Below are positions 9,753 through 18,649 of a stretch of DNA of 64,000 bases, piece by piece. Source of the DNA: an uncultured Collinsella sp. Its GTDB lineage: Bacteria; Actinomycetota; Coriobacteriia; Coriobacteriales; Coriobacteriaceae. How positions within the stretch are numbered: the stretch's first letter is position 1; every line of letters starts with the position of its first letter. The notes under the pieces are model-generated. The model was not told the origin of the DNA. It worked only from the letters and a program-made list of their open reading frames with translations, and did no database searches. The DNA lies in assembly GCA_905213265.1 (NCBI GenBank), contig CAJMHR010000003.1, positions 5,411 through 69,410 on the forward strand, written 5' to 3'. Both the position numbers and the translations under genes were made by a program.

Positions 9753-10624
9753 TACCCCAGGCGCTCCATAATGGTCGCGGCGATTGCAGGACGGTTCATA
9801 GTGTACAGGTGCAGGCCGTCGGCGCCGTGCTCCTTGAGGTCGCAAAGCTGGCGGGCGGCATAATCTACACCGGCTGCCTGCAGGCTCTCGGGGTCGTTCT
9901 CGTACTTGGCGAGAATCTTGATGACGGGGGAGGGCAGCGACGCGCCGCACATAAAGACCATGCGGCTGATCTGTGACTTGCCCATAAACGGCATGATGCC
10001 CGCGGTAATGGGCACGGTGATGCCGGCCTTGTCGGCAAGCTCGCGAAAACGGTAGAAGCACTCGTTATCAAAGAAGAGCTGTGTCACAAAGAAGCTCGCG
10101 CCGGCGTCCTGTTTTTGCTTGAGGTGTTCGACCGAGAGGTTGAGATCCTCACAGGCAATGTGGCCCTCGGGGTAGGCTGCGGCGCCCACGCAAAAGCCGG
10201 CGTCGACGAGCTCGGGGATGAGGTCGCGGGCGTAGGCGTAGTCCGAGGCGGGCTTGTCGTCCTCGGTCGCGCCAGCGGGAAGATCACCACGCAAGGCCAG
10301 GATGTTTTCAACGCCGACGGTGCGATACTCGTCGATCTTGGCGGCGATATCGGTGTGCGAGCGGCCCACGCAGGTGAGGTGCGCCACCGAGGGCGTATCG
10401 AATTCGCTCGTAATCATATGCGCGATGGGGGCGGTGGTGGCACCGTTGCCCGAGCCGCCGGCCGAGCAGGTGACCGAGACAAAGCTCGGCGAAAGCTTGC
10501 ACAGATTGCCTGCCACTTCGCGAGCCGTGTCGAGGGTGAGCTCGCCCTTGGGCGGGAACATCTCAAACGAAACGGGCGCGGTGCCCTGGGATGCTGCCTG
10601 CTTAAAAACCTCGTCGACGCGCAT
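9752..10624 (-). CDS. metF: 5,10-methylenetetrahydrofolate reductase MetF. The start is at the internal MRVDEV, which has a GAGGAG RBS.
   Basis: VSFEMFPPKGE...SVTCSAGGSG...LRGDLP motifs match the MTHFR family. The upstream ORF extension lacks an RBS. Confidence 0.8.
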   Translation of the reverse strand: MRVDEVFKQAASQGTAPVSFEMFPPKGELTLDTAREVAGNLCKLSPSFVSVTCSAGGSGNGATTAPIAHMITSEFDTPSVAHLTCVGRSHTDIAAKIDEYRTVGVENILALRGDLPAGATEDDKPASDYAYARDLIPELVDAGFCVGAAAYPEGHIACEDLNLSVEHLKQKQDAGASFFVTQLFFDNECFYRFRELADKAGITVPITAGIMPFMGKSQISRMVFMCGASLPSPVIKILAKYENDPESLQAAGVDYAARQLCDLKEHGADGLHLYTMNRPAIAATIMERLG

Positions 10625-11050
10625 ATCGTGCTCCTCTAGATACGTAATAGTGTGATGTGTTGTAAGGATTCTACAGCACCGCTGTGTCACGGTGGAGTTT
10701 CACTCGCTATTTGAGGATACCAATCAAAGATGCCTTGCTATCGGCATTCCCTATAACAGGGCGGTCAATCTAGGATGGGGCTATAAAGACTGGTATCTGA
10801 TGCAAAATACCAGTTAATAGAGCTCCATCCCAAATTGACTACCCTTAAACCATGGGGAGAGGTCTGCAATTTATGCAGTTGATTGGCTGTTGAGGGTGGC
10901 AACGCCGCCTCGATAGGGTAACCTCATTGATTGGTTTCGCGACAGCAACATAACGGTAATGTCGCGGAAACACGGCGAGTCTAAGCTATGACTCGTTCGT
11001 TAGTAATCAACACCGCTTCTCACGCGGTGCCGATACGAAGGGAGTTCCGT

Positions 11051-13138
11051 ATGGCCGAACTTACTGACCGCTTCGGGACCATGGTGTTCTCTGAGGAAGT
11101 CATGAAGGACTACCTCCCCAAGGACATTTGGAAGCGCCTTGCTGCAACCCTCGAGGGCGGTGAGCCGCTCGACCTGGATGTGGCCAACGCCGTTGCCCAT
11201 GCCATGAAGGTCTGGGCCATCTCCAAGGGTGCGACGCACTATGCGCACTGGTTCCAGCCGCTTTCGGGCATTACTTCCGAGAAGCACGACAGCTTCCTGG
11301 AGCCCAACCACGACGGCACCGCCATTACCAAGTTTACGGGCAAGAACCTCATCCAGGGCGAGCCCGATGCCTCGAGCTTCCCCAACGGCGGCCTGCGTGC
11401 TACCTTCGAGGCCCGTGGCTACACCGCTTGGGACCCCACTAGCCCCGCCTTTATCAAGGACGATGTCCTGTGCATCCCCACGGCTTTCTGCTCCTACACG
11501 GGCGAGGCCCTGGACAAGAAGACCCCGCTGCTGCGCTCCATGACCGCGCTCTCGCGTGAGTCTAAGCGCGTTTTGGCGCTGTTCGGTAAGACCCCCAAGA
11601 AGGTCGTTCCTTCCGTGGGCGACGAGCAGGAGTACTTCCTGATCAAGAAGGACGCTTACCGCAAGCGCAAGGACCTGGTCATTACCGGCCGCACCCTCTT
11701 TGGCGCCGCTCCCTGCAAGGGCCAGGAGCTCGAGGAGCACTACTTTGGCGCTATCCGCCCCACCGTCTCGGCCTATATGAAGGATCTGGACGACGAGCTG
11801 TGGGCGCTCGGTATTCCCGCCAAGACCAAGCACAACGAGGTCGCTCCCTGCCAGCATGAGCTCGCCCCCGTCTACGGTGAGGTCAACGAGGCCATCGACC
11901 AGAACCTGGTCATGATGGAGAAGATGAAGCTCATCGCCTCCCGCCACGACTTGGTCTGCCTGCTGCACGAGAAGCCCTTCGAGGGCATCAATGGTTCGGG
12001 CAAGCACAACAACTGGTCGCTTGGCACCGAGTCCGAGAACCTGCTCGATCCGGGCGACACCCCGCTCGACAACCTGCAGTTCATCGTCTTCCTCACCGCG
12101 GTGATCGAGGCCGTCGATAACTATCAGGAGCTCCTGCGTGCCTCCGTTGCCTCGGCCGGCAACGATCATCGTCTGGGCGCCAATGAGGCTCCTCCGGCGA
12201 TTATGTCCATCTTCCTGGGCGACCAGCTTACCGAGGTCGTCGAGAAGATTATCGATGGCAAGGCTTCCGTCCATGCCACGCGCGGCGTGCTCGATCTGGG
12301 CGCCGATACCCTGCCCAAGCTGATGCAGGACAACACCGATCGCAACCGCACCTCCCCGTTTGCCTTCACCGGCAACAAGTTCGAGTTCCGTGCCTGCGGC
12401 TCCGAGCAGAACGTCTCTGACTCCAACCTGGTGCTCGATGCCGCCGTGGCCAAGTCGCTCAAGTCCTTCGCCGACGCGCTTGAGGGTACGCCCGAGGATA
12501 AGTTCCAGGACGCCGCGCTCGAGTACTGCAAGAAGGTCCTGACCGACCACCAGCGCATCCTCTTCTCCGGCGATGGCTACTCCGATGAGTGGCCCGTCGA
12601 GGCCGAGAAGCGCGGCCTTGCCAACAACAAGACCACGGCCGATGCCCTGCCCGCCTTTGTTTCCGATAAGGCCATTGCGCTCTTTGAGGAGACGGGCGTC
12701 CTGACCAAGGCCGAGGCTCAGTGCCGCTACGACTGCAAGCTCGAGAAGTACAACAAGCTCATGAACATCGAGGCCACCACGATGGTTCGCGAGGCGCGTC
12801 GTACCTATCGCCCGGTCATTACCGCCTATGCCACCAAGGTCGCTAAGGGCCTTGAGACTATCCGCGCCGCCGGCGCCGAGGCCGCCATGCAGTGTGAGCA
12901 GAATACGCTCAACAAGCTTTGCAACGGCATCACCACCATCAACGACTCCATCAAGGCGCTCGACGCCGTGCATCAGAAGGCCGAGGGCCTCGATGGTCAG
13001 GAGCAGGCCAACGTGTACGCGCACGAGGTCGTTCCCGCTATGGATGCGCTGCGCGCCGCCGTGGATGCGATGGAGGAGATCGTGGCTGCCGACTACTGGC
13101 CGGTCCCGACTTACGACGACATCCTGTTCTACGTGTAG
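11051..13138 (+). CDS. glnN: Glutamine synthetase type III (GlnN)
   Basis: About 696 aa. The N-terminal [18 protein letters not shown]...[10 protein letters not shown] resembles Bacteroides GlnN. Size is typical of GS-III. A GGGAG RBS precedes the ATG at 11051. Confidence 0.7.
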   Translation: MAELTDRFGTMVFSEEVMKDYLPKDIWKRLAATLEGGEPLDLDVANAVAHAMKVWAISKGATHYAHWFQPLSGITSEKHDSFLEPNHDGTAITKFTGKNLIQGEPDASSFPNGGLRATFEARGYTAWDPTSPAFIKDDVLCIPTAFCSYTGEALDKKTPLLRSMTALSRESKRVLALFGKTPKKVVPSVGDEQEYFLIKKDAYRKRKDLVITGRTLFGAAPCKGQELEEHYFGAIRPTVSAYMKDLDDELWALGIPAKTKHNEVAPCQHELAPVYGEVNEAIDQNLVMMEKMKLIASRHDLVCLLHEKPFEGINGSGKHNNWSLGTESENLLDPGDTPLDNLQFIVFLTAVIEAVDNYQELLRASVASAGNDHRLGANEAPPAIMSIFLGDQLTEVVEKIIDGKASVHATRGVLDLGADTLPKLMQDNTDRNRTSPFAFTGNKFEFRACGSEQNVSDSNLVLDAAVAKSLKSFADALEGTPEDKFQDAALEYCKKVLTDHQRILFSGDGYSDEWPVEAEKRGLANNKTTADALPAFVSDKAIALFEETGVLTKAEAQCRYDCKLEKYNKLMNIEATTMVREARRTYRPVITAYATKVAKGLETIRAAGAEAAMQCEQNTLNKLCNGITTINDSIKALDAVHQKAEGLDGQEQANVYAHEVVPAMDALRAAVDAMEEIVAADYWPVPTYDDILFYV

Positions 13139-13170
13139 AGCGTAACTGACATATCGTCACGGTATTGAGC

Positions 13171-13203
13171 CGGGGTCCGCATCATGCGGGCCCCGGTTTT
13201 TGT
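13171..13203 (+). terminator. Rho-independent terminator downstream of glnN
   Basis: CCGGGGTCCGCAtcaTGCGGGCCCCGG hairpin followed by TTTTTGTTT. Confidence 0.7.
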
Positions 13204-13266
13204 TTGCGAAGGACGTTTAGGAGTCCGTTTTGCAACTGATTCGCCCACGTAATAAGGGGCCGTGGG

Positions 13267-13475
13267 CAAAAAACGTCAAATATGAGTACTGTCACAAGTC
13301 CTGTAACATTATTTATTTGCAAAAAATGTAGTGTTACGCAACATATGTCCAAGTACTTAGCCGATAAACGTCTGCAATTCTTTCGCTGTAGGACACCTGA
13401 GGTCTAAATCGCCTTCTGAAGGCATGAAATCGCTGTTACTAAAATGGTAACAGTACTCATATTTGCTATTTTTTG
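13267..13475. repeat. AT-rich ~210-bp element bounded by imperfect 26-bp inverted repeats (13267-13292 and 13450-13475). Possibly MITE-like.
   Basis: The left arm CAAAAAACGTCAAATATGAGTACTGT matches the reverse complement of the right arm at 23 of 26 positions. The interior is AT-rich in an otherwise ~62% GC context. The 75-aa ORF inside looks non-coding. Confidence 0.5.
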
Positions 13476-13496
13476 TCCACAGGCCTTGCGATGATG

Positions 13497-13610
13497 CCGG
13501 GATCCGCACCCTGTCGGGTTCGAATCCCGGCACATGGGTATCAAAAAGCCCGCCACCGCGAGGGTAACGGGCTTCTCGTTTCAAATGGTGCCCCCAGCGG
13601 GATGTCCGCG
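13497..13610 (+). repeat. Copy 1 of a ~110-bp repeat. It contains a tRNA T-arm-like fragment (GTCGGGTTCGAATCCCGGC), a hairpin, and the prophage attL core.
   Basis: CCGCACCCTGTCGGGTTCGAATCCCGGC...AAAAAGCCCGCCACCG...GGTAACGGGCT...TGGTGCCCC. Copy 2 is at 13682-13795 with ~75% identity. Confidence 0.6.
13581..13603. repeat. attL: the 23-bp direct repeat TCAAATGGTGCCCCCAGCGGGAT, identical to the 3' end of tRNA-Glu at 51551-51573.
   Basis: Exact 23-bp identity at both prophage ends. The repeat includes the reverse complement of the tRNA acceptor 3' strand plus CCA. Confidence 0.75.
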
Positions 13611-13681
13611 TGCGGCTGGCGCCGCCCGCATTCGCTGCGTCGCTTCGCTCCTTGCGTGCTGCGCTGGAAAACGCTTGTGCG

Positions 13682-13795
13682 TTTCCTCAGCTCCGCACCC
13701 TGTCGGGTTCGAATCCCGGCGTTGGGGAAGAAAAAAGCCCGCTACCGAATTGGTAACGGGCTGCTCAGATTCTGTGGTGCCCCGTTTGCAAGAAT
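13682..13795 (+). repeat. Copy 2 of the tRNA-fragment/att-like repeat, diverged, inside the prophage next to attL.
   Basis: CCGCACCCTGTCGGGTTCGAATCCCGGCG...AAAAAAGCCCGCTACCG...GGTAACGGGCT...TGGTGCCCC aligns with copy 1. Confidence 0.5.
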
Positions 13796-13854
13796 ACTCG
13801 AACGATGATGACCGTCGTGAACGGGGCGGTCTACCTCATGATGCCGAGAGCGGC

Positions 13855-14763
13855 CTAAAGAAGCTGGTTAACGCGCGCCTGAACTGCGTCATACAAAGAA
13901 CCGAGGCGACGCTTGCGCTCCTCGCCGTTGCCGTAGTCGCCGCGAATGACCGCTCTGGCGAGCGCATCGATGTCGGCACCTCCGGTCGCGCTGCCGTCAG
14001 CGCCAAGAATCTCGTTGACGCGTGCCTGTACGGCGTTGTAGTTGGAGCCGAGCGCGGCCTTGCGGGCGTCTCCGTTGCCGTACTTTCCCGCGATCACGTC
14101 ACGGGCCATCTGGTCGATGTCAACCGAGGGCGAGGAGGACGAGCCGCCGATGATGCGGTTGACCTCAGCCTGAACCTCATCGTAGCGGCTGCCCAGCGCG
14201 GCCTTGCGGGCGTCTCCGTTGCCGAACTCGCCGGCGATTACGCGCTTGGCAAGCTCGGTGACGCTGCCGGACGGCGAGGAGCCGCTGGACGGAGCCGAAG
14301 CCGAGCTTCCGCCCGTGATGCGCGCCTTCAGGGCGGCCCACTTACCTGCGTCGACGTAGGGAGCGGGGCAGCGCTTGCCGGTCACGTCATAGTGGCGGAT
14401 CACGCGGGTGATGCCGTAGGTCGCCCGAAGATACTCGTAGATCTGCGCGAGCGCGTTAATCTGGGCGTCGGTGAAATCCTCGCCAGCGCTCACCACCTCG
14501 ACGGAGACGGTGCGCTGGTTCTGCGGGAAGTTGCCGACGGCCCACGCCGTGTCCTCGAAGCGCACGGACTGGCGGATGGTGCCGTCCTTGTCCACGAACA
14601 AGTGGGCGGACGCGTTCGCGCCCGCGCGGGAGAAGTACACGAGGTTGTTGTGCGCGCTCGCGGAGGTAGCGGTGTAGTGCACCGCCATTCCGTCAATCGC
14701 GTTACCACCGCGCCCCTTGGTGTAGTTTGAGGCGTGGCACTGGATGAACTCAGCGATGTTCAT
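13855..14763 (-). CDS. Phage endolysin: N-acetylmuramoyl-L-alanine amidase (amidase_2/PGRP) with three C-terminal CW_7 cell-wall-binding repeats.
   Basis: RHYDVTGKRCP amidase motif. Three repeats of GxxGNGDARKAALGSxYxxVQAxVN. Confidence 0.8.
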   Translation of the reverse strand: MNIAEFIQCHASNYTKGRGGNAIDGMAVHYTATSASAHNNLVYFSRAGANASAHLFVDKDGTIRQSVRFEDTAWAVGNFPQNQRTVSVEVVSAGEDFTDAQINALAQIYEYLRATYGITRVIRHYDVTGKRCPAPYVDAGKWAALKARITGGSSASAPSSGSSPSGSVTELAKRVIAGEFGNGDARKAALGSRYDEVQAEVNRIIGGSSSSPSVDIDQMARDVIAGKYGNGDARKAALGSNYNAVQARVNEILGADGSATGGADIDALARAVIRGDYGNGEERKRRLGSLYDAVQARVNQLL

Positions 14764-14868
14764 TGTTAGACCTCCTCAGGGTCGAAATCGTCGGGAGCGC
14801 CCTCGGCGCCCTCCTCGATGGCATCAAGCTGCTCGTCGGTCGGCTTGCCTTCCATTTCCGTCTCCCTT

Positions 14869-15471
14869 CTAAACAGAACGTCCGATTGAGATGAAGTAGT
14901 CCCATGCAACGGCGTTGAACTCGTCGCAGGTAAGCGAAACGGGTTTCGCCTCGCACGGGTCGTGGATGGTTATGCGGTCATGAAGGTTCTCCGTTATGAG
15001 CACGACGTGGCCTCCGTACTCGCGCCCTCCCTCGTGGAGCGCGCCCTCCATGGTTCCGAACACCAGACGCCCGGCGGCGGACTCCTCAAGCGCCCGCGAT
15101 CTGTCCTCGTAGAGAACCGTGTAGTCGAGCTTCGGGTCTTGCTGCGCCATCCACTCGCAGAAGCCGGGCATGTAGTTCTGCCCGTCCTGAACGTAGTCGT
15201 TGCCCACGAGGTTGAGCAGCATGGGCGGCGTGCACGTCTCGCCAGAAAGCCTCTCCCAAGCCATGGCCGCGCACGTGAGACCGCAGCCGGACGTGGCGAG
15301 GTCTGCGCCGGCGTAGGGCAGCCCGCCCCACCGCTCGTCCGTCTGCATGTAGAGCGGGACTTGCGGCTCGGCGGGTGTGTCGTACACGACGGGGAGCTGC
15401 TCCGGCTCCTCCTCGACGGGCTGCGGCTGAGTCCATACCACGAGCGCGCCGAAGAGGAACAGGGCCACGAG
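14869..15471 (-). CDS. Papain-like cysteine peptidase (C39-like) with an N-terminal signal-anchor. Likely a second lysis enzyme. The start is uncertain; a GTG near 15471 is proposed.
   Basis: Catalytic SGCGLTCAAM and GGHVVLI motifs. A hydrophobic VALFLFGALVVW segment lies right after the holin stop. The upstream ORF part overlaps the holin in another frame. Confidence 0.5.
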   Translation of the reverse strand, partial: LVALFLFGALVVWTQPQPVEEEPEQLPVVYDTPAEPQVPLYMQTDERWGGLPYAGADLATSGCGLTCAAMAWERLSGETCTPPMLLNLVGNDYVQDGQNYMPGFCEWMAQQDPKLDYTVLYEDRSRALEESAAGRLVFGTMEGALHEGGREYGGHVVLITENLHDRITIHDPCEAKPVSLTCDEFNAVAWDYFISIGRSV

Positions 15472-15479
15472 AAGGAGCG

Positions 15480-15713
15480 CTACTGCTGCTTGGAGAGCGG
15501 GCTTGTGCCCTCCTCCACCTCCGGCACGCCAACGATGCTCGTGAGCACCGACGCGACCGCAGCCGTGGCCGCGAGCGCCGCGATCTGCGGCCAGTCCAGC
15601 GCGGTAATGGAGACCACGGTCGTTCCCATGGCGGCGAGCGCCGTCTGGGCTGCGGTCTTGACGGCGCGGACGCCCGCCGCGACGAACCACTTCTTGATTC
15701 CGTCCTTGGTCAT
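15480..15713 (-). CDS. Holin
   Basis: 77-aa protein with two predicted TM helices and a charged C-terminus, immediately upstream of the peptidase/amidase. Confidence 0.55.
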   Translation of the reverse strand: MTKDGIKKWFVAAGVRAVKTAAQTALAAMGTTVVSITALDWPQIAALAATAAVASVLTSIVGVPEVEEGTSPLSKQQ

Positions 15714-15727
15714 GGTTGAACCCCTTT

Positions 15728-16258
15728 CTAACCTTCATCGCCCGCTCCCTTGCGTCGGACGACGATTGCGTGAACCTCGTCAATCTGCTTGGCCATGTGG
15801 GATGTCGTCTGGTCGATGCGCTGGGCAGTTGCCTCGGTGTGCTCCAAGCGCCCGCCCATCTCGTGGCTGCGCTCCTTGGAGTCACCGACCTGTGTGGACA
15901 GGACTTCGAGAATCCGCGTCTGTGTCTGCTGCCCTGTTGAAAGCGCCTCTATGACTCGCGTCTGCTCGTTTTGAGCGGCCACCTGCTGCTGGGTGGTCTT
16001 GATGCGCTCGCGCTCGCGTGAGTCGAGGGCCTTGTCCGCCGTCTCCTGCACCTCGATGCGGTAGCGCTCGATCTCAAGCTTCTTCTCCTCGATGGCGCGC
16101 TCGTTCTCAAGCTGCTTCTCCTTGAGGGCGCGGCGCTGGGGCATTCCCCACTTGACGACCACGAAGCAGATAGCCGCAACGGTGAAGGCGAGGAGGGCGG
16201 CAAGCGGCTCGGCTATGGCGGCGGCCTCGAACCCTCCCGCTAGGGCATCCCCGCTCAT
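15728..16258 (-). CDS. Hypothetical membrane-anchored coiled-coil protein
   Basis: The N-terminal TM is followed by a long Glu/Gln/Arg-rich coiled coil. No recognisable catalytic motif. Confidence 0.4.
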   Translation of the reverse strand: MSGDALAGGFEAAAIAEPLAALLAFTVAAICFVVVKWGMPQRRALKEKQLENERAIEEKKLEIERYRIEVQETADKALDSRERERIKTTQQQVAAQNEQTRVIEALSTGQQTQTRILEVLSTQVGDSKERSHEMGGRLEHTEATAQRIDQTTSHMAKQIDEVHAIVVRRKGAGDEG

Positions 16259-16473
16259 GCCTCCTCCGGCACATAAGCCGAGGGGGCCGTCTCAAGCTCG
16301 GCCTCGCAGGCGTTGATCTTGGCGCGAAGCTCCTCGCGCTGAGCCTTGACCGGCTCCCATTCCTCATCTGGCATAACGCCGTCAGCGTGCTTGAGGGCCT
16401 TGTAGTCGCTCTGCACGAGAAGCTGCTTGTAACCGTTGATCTCGGCCTCGATGGCCTCTCTGGTTCGCTCCAT
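16255..16473 (-). CDS. Hypothetical small phage protein
   Basis: 72-aa ORF, start-stop coupled (ATGA) with the downstream gene. Confidence 0.35.
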   Translation of the reverse strand: MERTREAIEAEINGYKQLLVQSDYKALKHADGVMPDEEWEPVKAQREELRAKINACEAELETAPSAYVPEEA

Positions 16474-16549
16474 GGCGCACTCCTTTCATAGGGTGCGCAC
16501 ATCGTATGGGCGGCGTGAGATTACGCGGCGGCCTTGAGCCTAGTCAGGG

Positions 16550-17698
16550 TCAGGATTTCCGCTCCGGGGGGGGGTATTCATTGCCGAACAGCTCCTTGTA
16601 GAGCCTGTCCATGCTGAGGACGGTTTCGTGCGCGTCGAGCCTGAGCATGCCGCCGCGCCAGCTCTGGTATGACTGGTTTATCTGTCTCAGCGTTATCTCG
16701 CCACGGTCTAGCATGCGGCGCATCGCCTTGAGCTTGCGGCGCTCGCGGGTTATGGCCTCGCGGCTCGGGCGCACGACGACCTTGCCCGTGGGGCCGTAGT
16801 AGAACCGCTTCTTGAGGAACCTGAAGCCGCGCGATAGCTTGACGATACGCGTCTTCTTCTTGTTGATTGTGATGCCGAGGTCATCGCACAGTATCTCGAT
16901 GCAGGCCAAGACCAGCTTGAGCTTGTCCTTGCTCATGTCGATGTAGTAGGAATCGTCCATGTAGCGGCCCGTCGCCTCAAGCCCCGCCATCTCCTCCGCC
17001 CAGTGGTCGATGGGGTTCGGGAGCGCAACCGCGAGTATCTGGTTCGGCTCGCTTCCGAGGCCGAGGCCCACGTCGCCGCATGCGTCTATGAGGCTGTTTG
17101 TCAGCGCCACGAGACGTTCGTCATCGAGGGCCTTCATCACGAGCCGCTTGGCCGCGTCGTGGTCGATGCGCGCGAAGTAGTCGCTGAAGTCCACGAGCAG
17201 CACGTAGCCATCGGTTCCGTGCCGCCGGTAGTGGCGCGCGAGCTGGTTCTTGAGCCGCGCTATAGCGTAGTCGACGCCCCTGCCCTTCATGTTGGCGGAG
17301 TTGCCGGCGGTGAGCGTCGGCATGATCGCGGGGACGAGCGCGTTCTGGCTCAGCGACTTGTGTACGACCCGCTCGCTGAAGTGCACGGACGATATGTGCC
17401 GCAGCTTGCCGCGCTCAATGAGGTCGAACTCGTGGAAGCCGCGCCGGATGTCCTCGCCGTTCAGCAGGTCTTGGCGTGCCTTGTAGACGTTGCCCAGAAC
17501 GTGGAGGCAGTAGCCCTGAACGGACGCCTTCCACGACACACCGCGCCTCGACTTCATGGCGGCGTCGTAGAGCGCGTCCATGTCGGCGATACGCTCAAGC
17601 GTGAGGCCGTCTATTCTCTCGGCCCTGTTGCGGGCGCGCTTTTCCTCGCGCCTAGCCCTGCGGGCAGCGCGCCTGTCGTCTGAGTTCATGGAGGGCAC
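16550..17698 (-). CDS. DGR reverse transcriptase
   Basis: RT motifs: RHISSVHFSERVVHKSL (motif 2), SLSQNAL...GNSANMKGRGVDYA, RYMDDSYYI (YMDD, motif 5), GFRFL (motif 7). Size of 382 aa and adjacency to TR/VR. Confidence 0.8.
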   Translation of the reverse strand: MPSMNSDDRRAARRARREEKRARNRAERIDGLTLERIADMDALYDAAMKSRRGVSWKASVQGYCLHVLGNVYKARQDLLNGEDIRRGFHEFDLIERGKLRHISSVHFSERVVHKSLSQNALVPAIMPTLTAGNSANMKGRGVDYAIARLKNQLARHYRRHGTDGYVLLVDFSDYFARIDHDAAKRLVMKALDDERLVALTNSLIDACGDVGLGLGSEPNQILAVALPNPIDHWAEEMAGLEATGRYMDDSYYIDMSKDKLKLVLACIEILCDDLGITINKKKTRIVKLSRGFRFLKKRFYYGPTGKVVVRPSREAITRERRKLKAMRRMLDRGEITLRQINQSYQSWRGGMLRLDAHETVLSMDRLYKELFGNEYPPPERKS

Positions 17699-17902
17699 CC
17701 CGCACGGCTAGCAGTGGCGCTCGAACAGCCGCTTTGCGGGGAGGCCATGAAACCGGGCTGAGCGCCGGAGCGCCCGGCCATGCAAGAAGCGTCCGGCTCC
17801 CCGCGCGGGGTGCATATTTACGGCGCTGAGGCCGATGGTCGCGCCTTCCTTCCTCTTTGCGCTCGGCTTTCGGCTCTCGCTTACTCGGTCTGGCATTGAA
17901 AG

Positions 17903-18031
17903 GGAATCCGGGGCGGGGCCGCACCCACGTGTTGCGAGGGGAGTTGTTGTTGGCGTTGCCGTTGTTGTTGCAATAGCAGACGTTGGACGCCGACCCACCC
18001 ACGACGGAGCGAAGCCACCAATTGACGCGAA
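17903..18031 (-). repeat. DGR template repeat (TR), ~129 bp, non-coding, between avd and the RT gene.
   Basis: It aligns to the VR with all 13 mismatches at TR-coding-strand adenines. If translated it would be AAC/Asn-rich (NVCYCNNNGNANNNSPRN). Confidence 0.85.
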
Positions 18032-18047
18032 TAACAAAGCGCAACCG

Positions 18048-18545
18048 CTACGCATTATAGCCGCCCGGCTGTTCGAGCACCACGGCCTCTAGGCGCTCGG
18101 CCTCGGCCCTCGCGGCGGCAAGCCTGTCCTCCGCCGACTCCCTGCCGATTATGCGCGTGTACTTGCGCTTTTTGGAGACCTTGTCCGCCTCGTCGCGGAT
18201 CATTCCGGAGATGCGCTCAAGCTCGCTCGCGGTGGTGCACTTCATGGCGATGAGGCACTGGAGGTCCTGCTCAAGCTGGTCGCAGTCGGCCAGAGCGAGG
18301 CCGAGGTAGCGCTTTCGCTCAAGGACGTTGTACGAGTTGCTCGGGTAGAAGCGGTTGGCCCTGTTGACGTTGTAGACGAGCGAGCGGGCGGTCTCCGCGA
18401 TCGGAGCGCCCAGTATGAGCCGCTTGCGCTTGGGGACTACGCTCTCGCGCATCACGAGGGAAAGAACCTCGATACGGATGTCCACGGCGAGGCTCAAGTA
18501 GTCGGAATCGGCCTCTTTCCTGTTTCGCTCGAATACTTGGCTCAT
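18048..18545 (-). CDS. avd: DGR accessory variability determinant (Avd-like)
   Basis: 165-aa basic helical protein starting MSQVFERNRKEAD with a GGAGG RBS. Its position between the target gene and the TR is canonical for bAvd. Confidence 0.55.
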   Translation of the reverse strand: MSQVFERNRKEADSDYLSLAVDIRIEVLSLVMRESVVPKRKRLILGAPIAETARSLVYNVNRANRFYPSNSYNVLERKRYLGLALADCDQLEQDLQCLIAMKCTTASELERISGMIRDEADKVSKKRKYTRIIGRESAEDRLAAARAEAERLEAVVLEQPGGYNA

Positions 18546-18649
18546 TTCGCCTCCAAAAATCGGCCCGCTTCGCGGGCATATAAAAACAAAAGCAAAGGGC
18601 GACCGCGCAAGGCGGTCGCCGTAAGTATAGCTATGGTTCAGCTGAAGTC

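Noticed and set aside
10625-10990. Possible S-box or SAM-IV riboswitch in the metF operon leader
   Set aside because: I could not recognise the conserved SAM-I or SAM-IV core motifs by eye on the minus strand. It is left as an untested hypothesis, not called as a feature.
13357-13584. 75-aa minus-strand ORF inside the AT-rich inverted-repeat element
   Set aside because: Low-complexity translation, no RBS, and it spans tRNA-fragment-like non-coding repeats.
14750-14956. 68-aa ORF between the amidase and the peptidase genes
   Set aside because: It overlaps both neighbours' ends in a different frame, is Arg-rich with low complexity, and has no RBS.
17652-18055. Two overlapping minus-strand ORFs (130 and 115 aa) covering the DGR template repeat
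   Set aside because: They translate the non-coding TR, which gives an Asn-rich mirror of the VR peptide. There is no RBS. DGR TRs are RNA templates, not genes.
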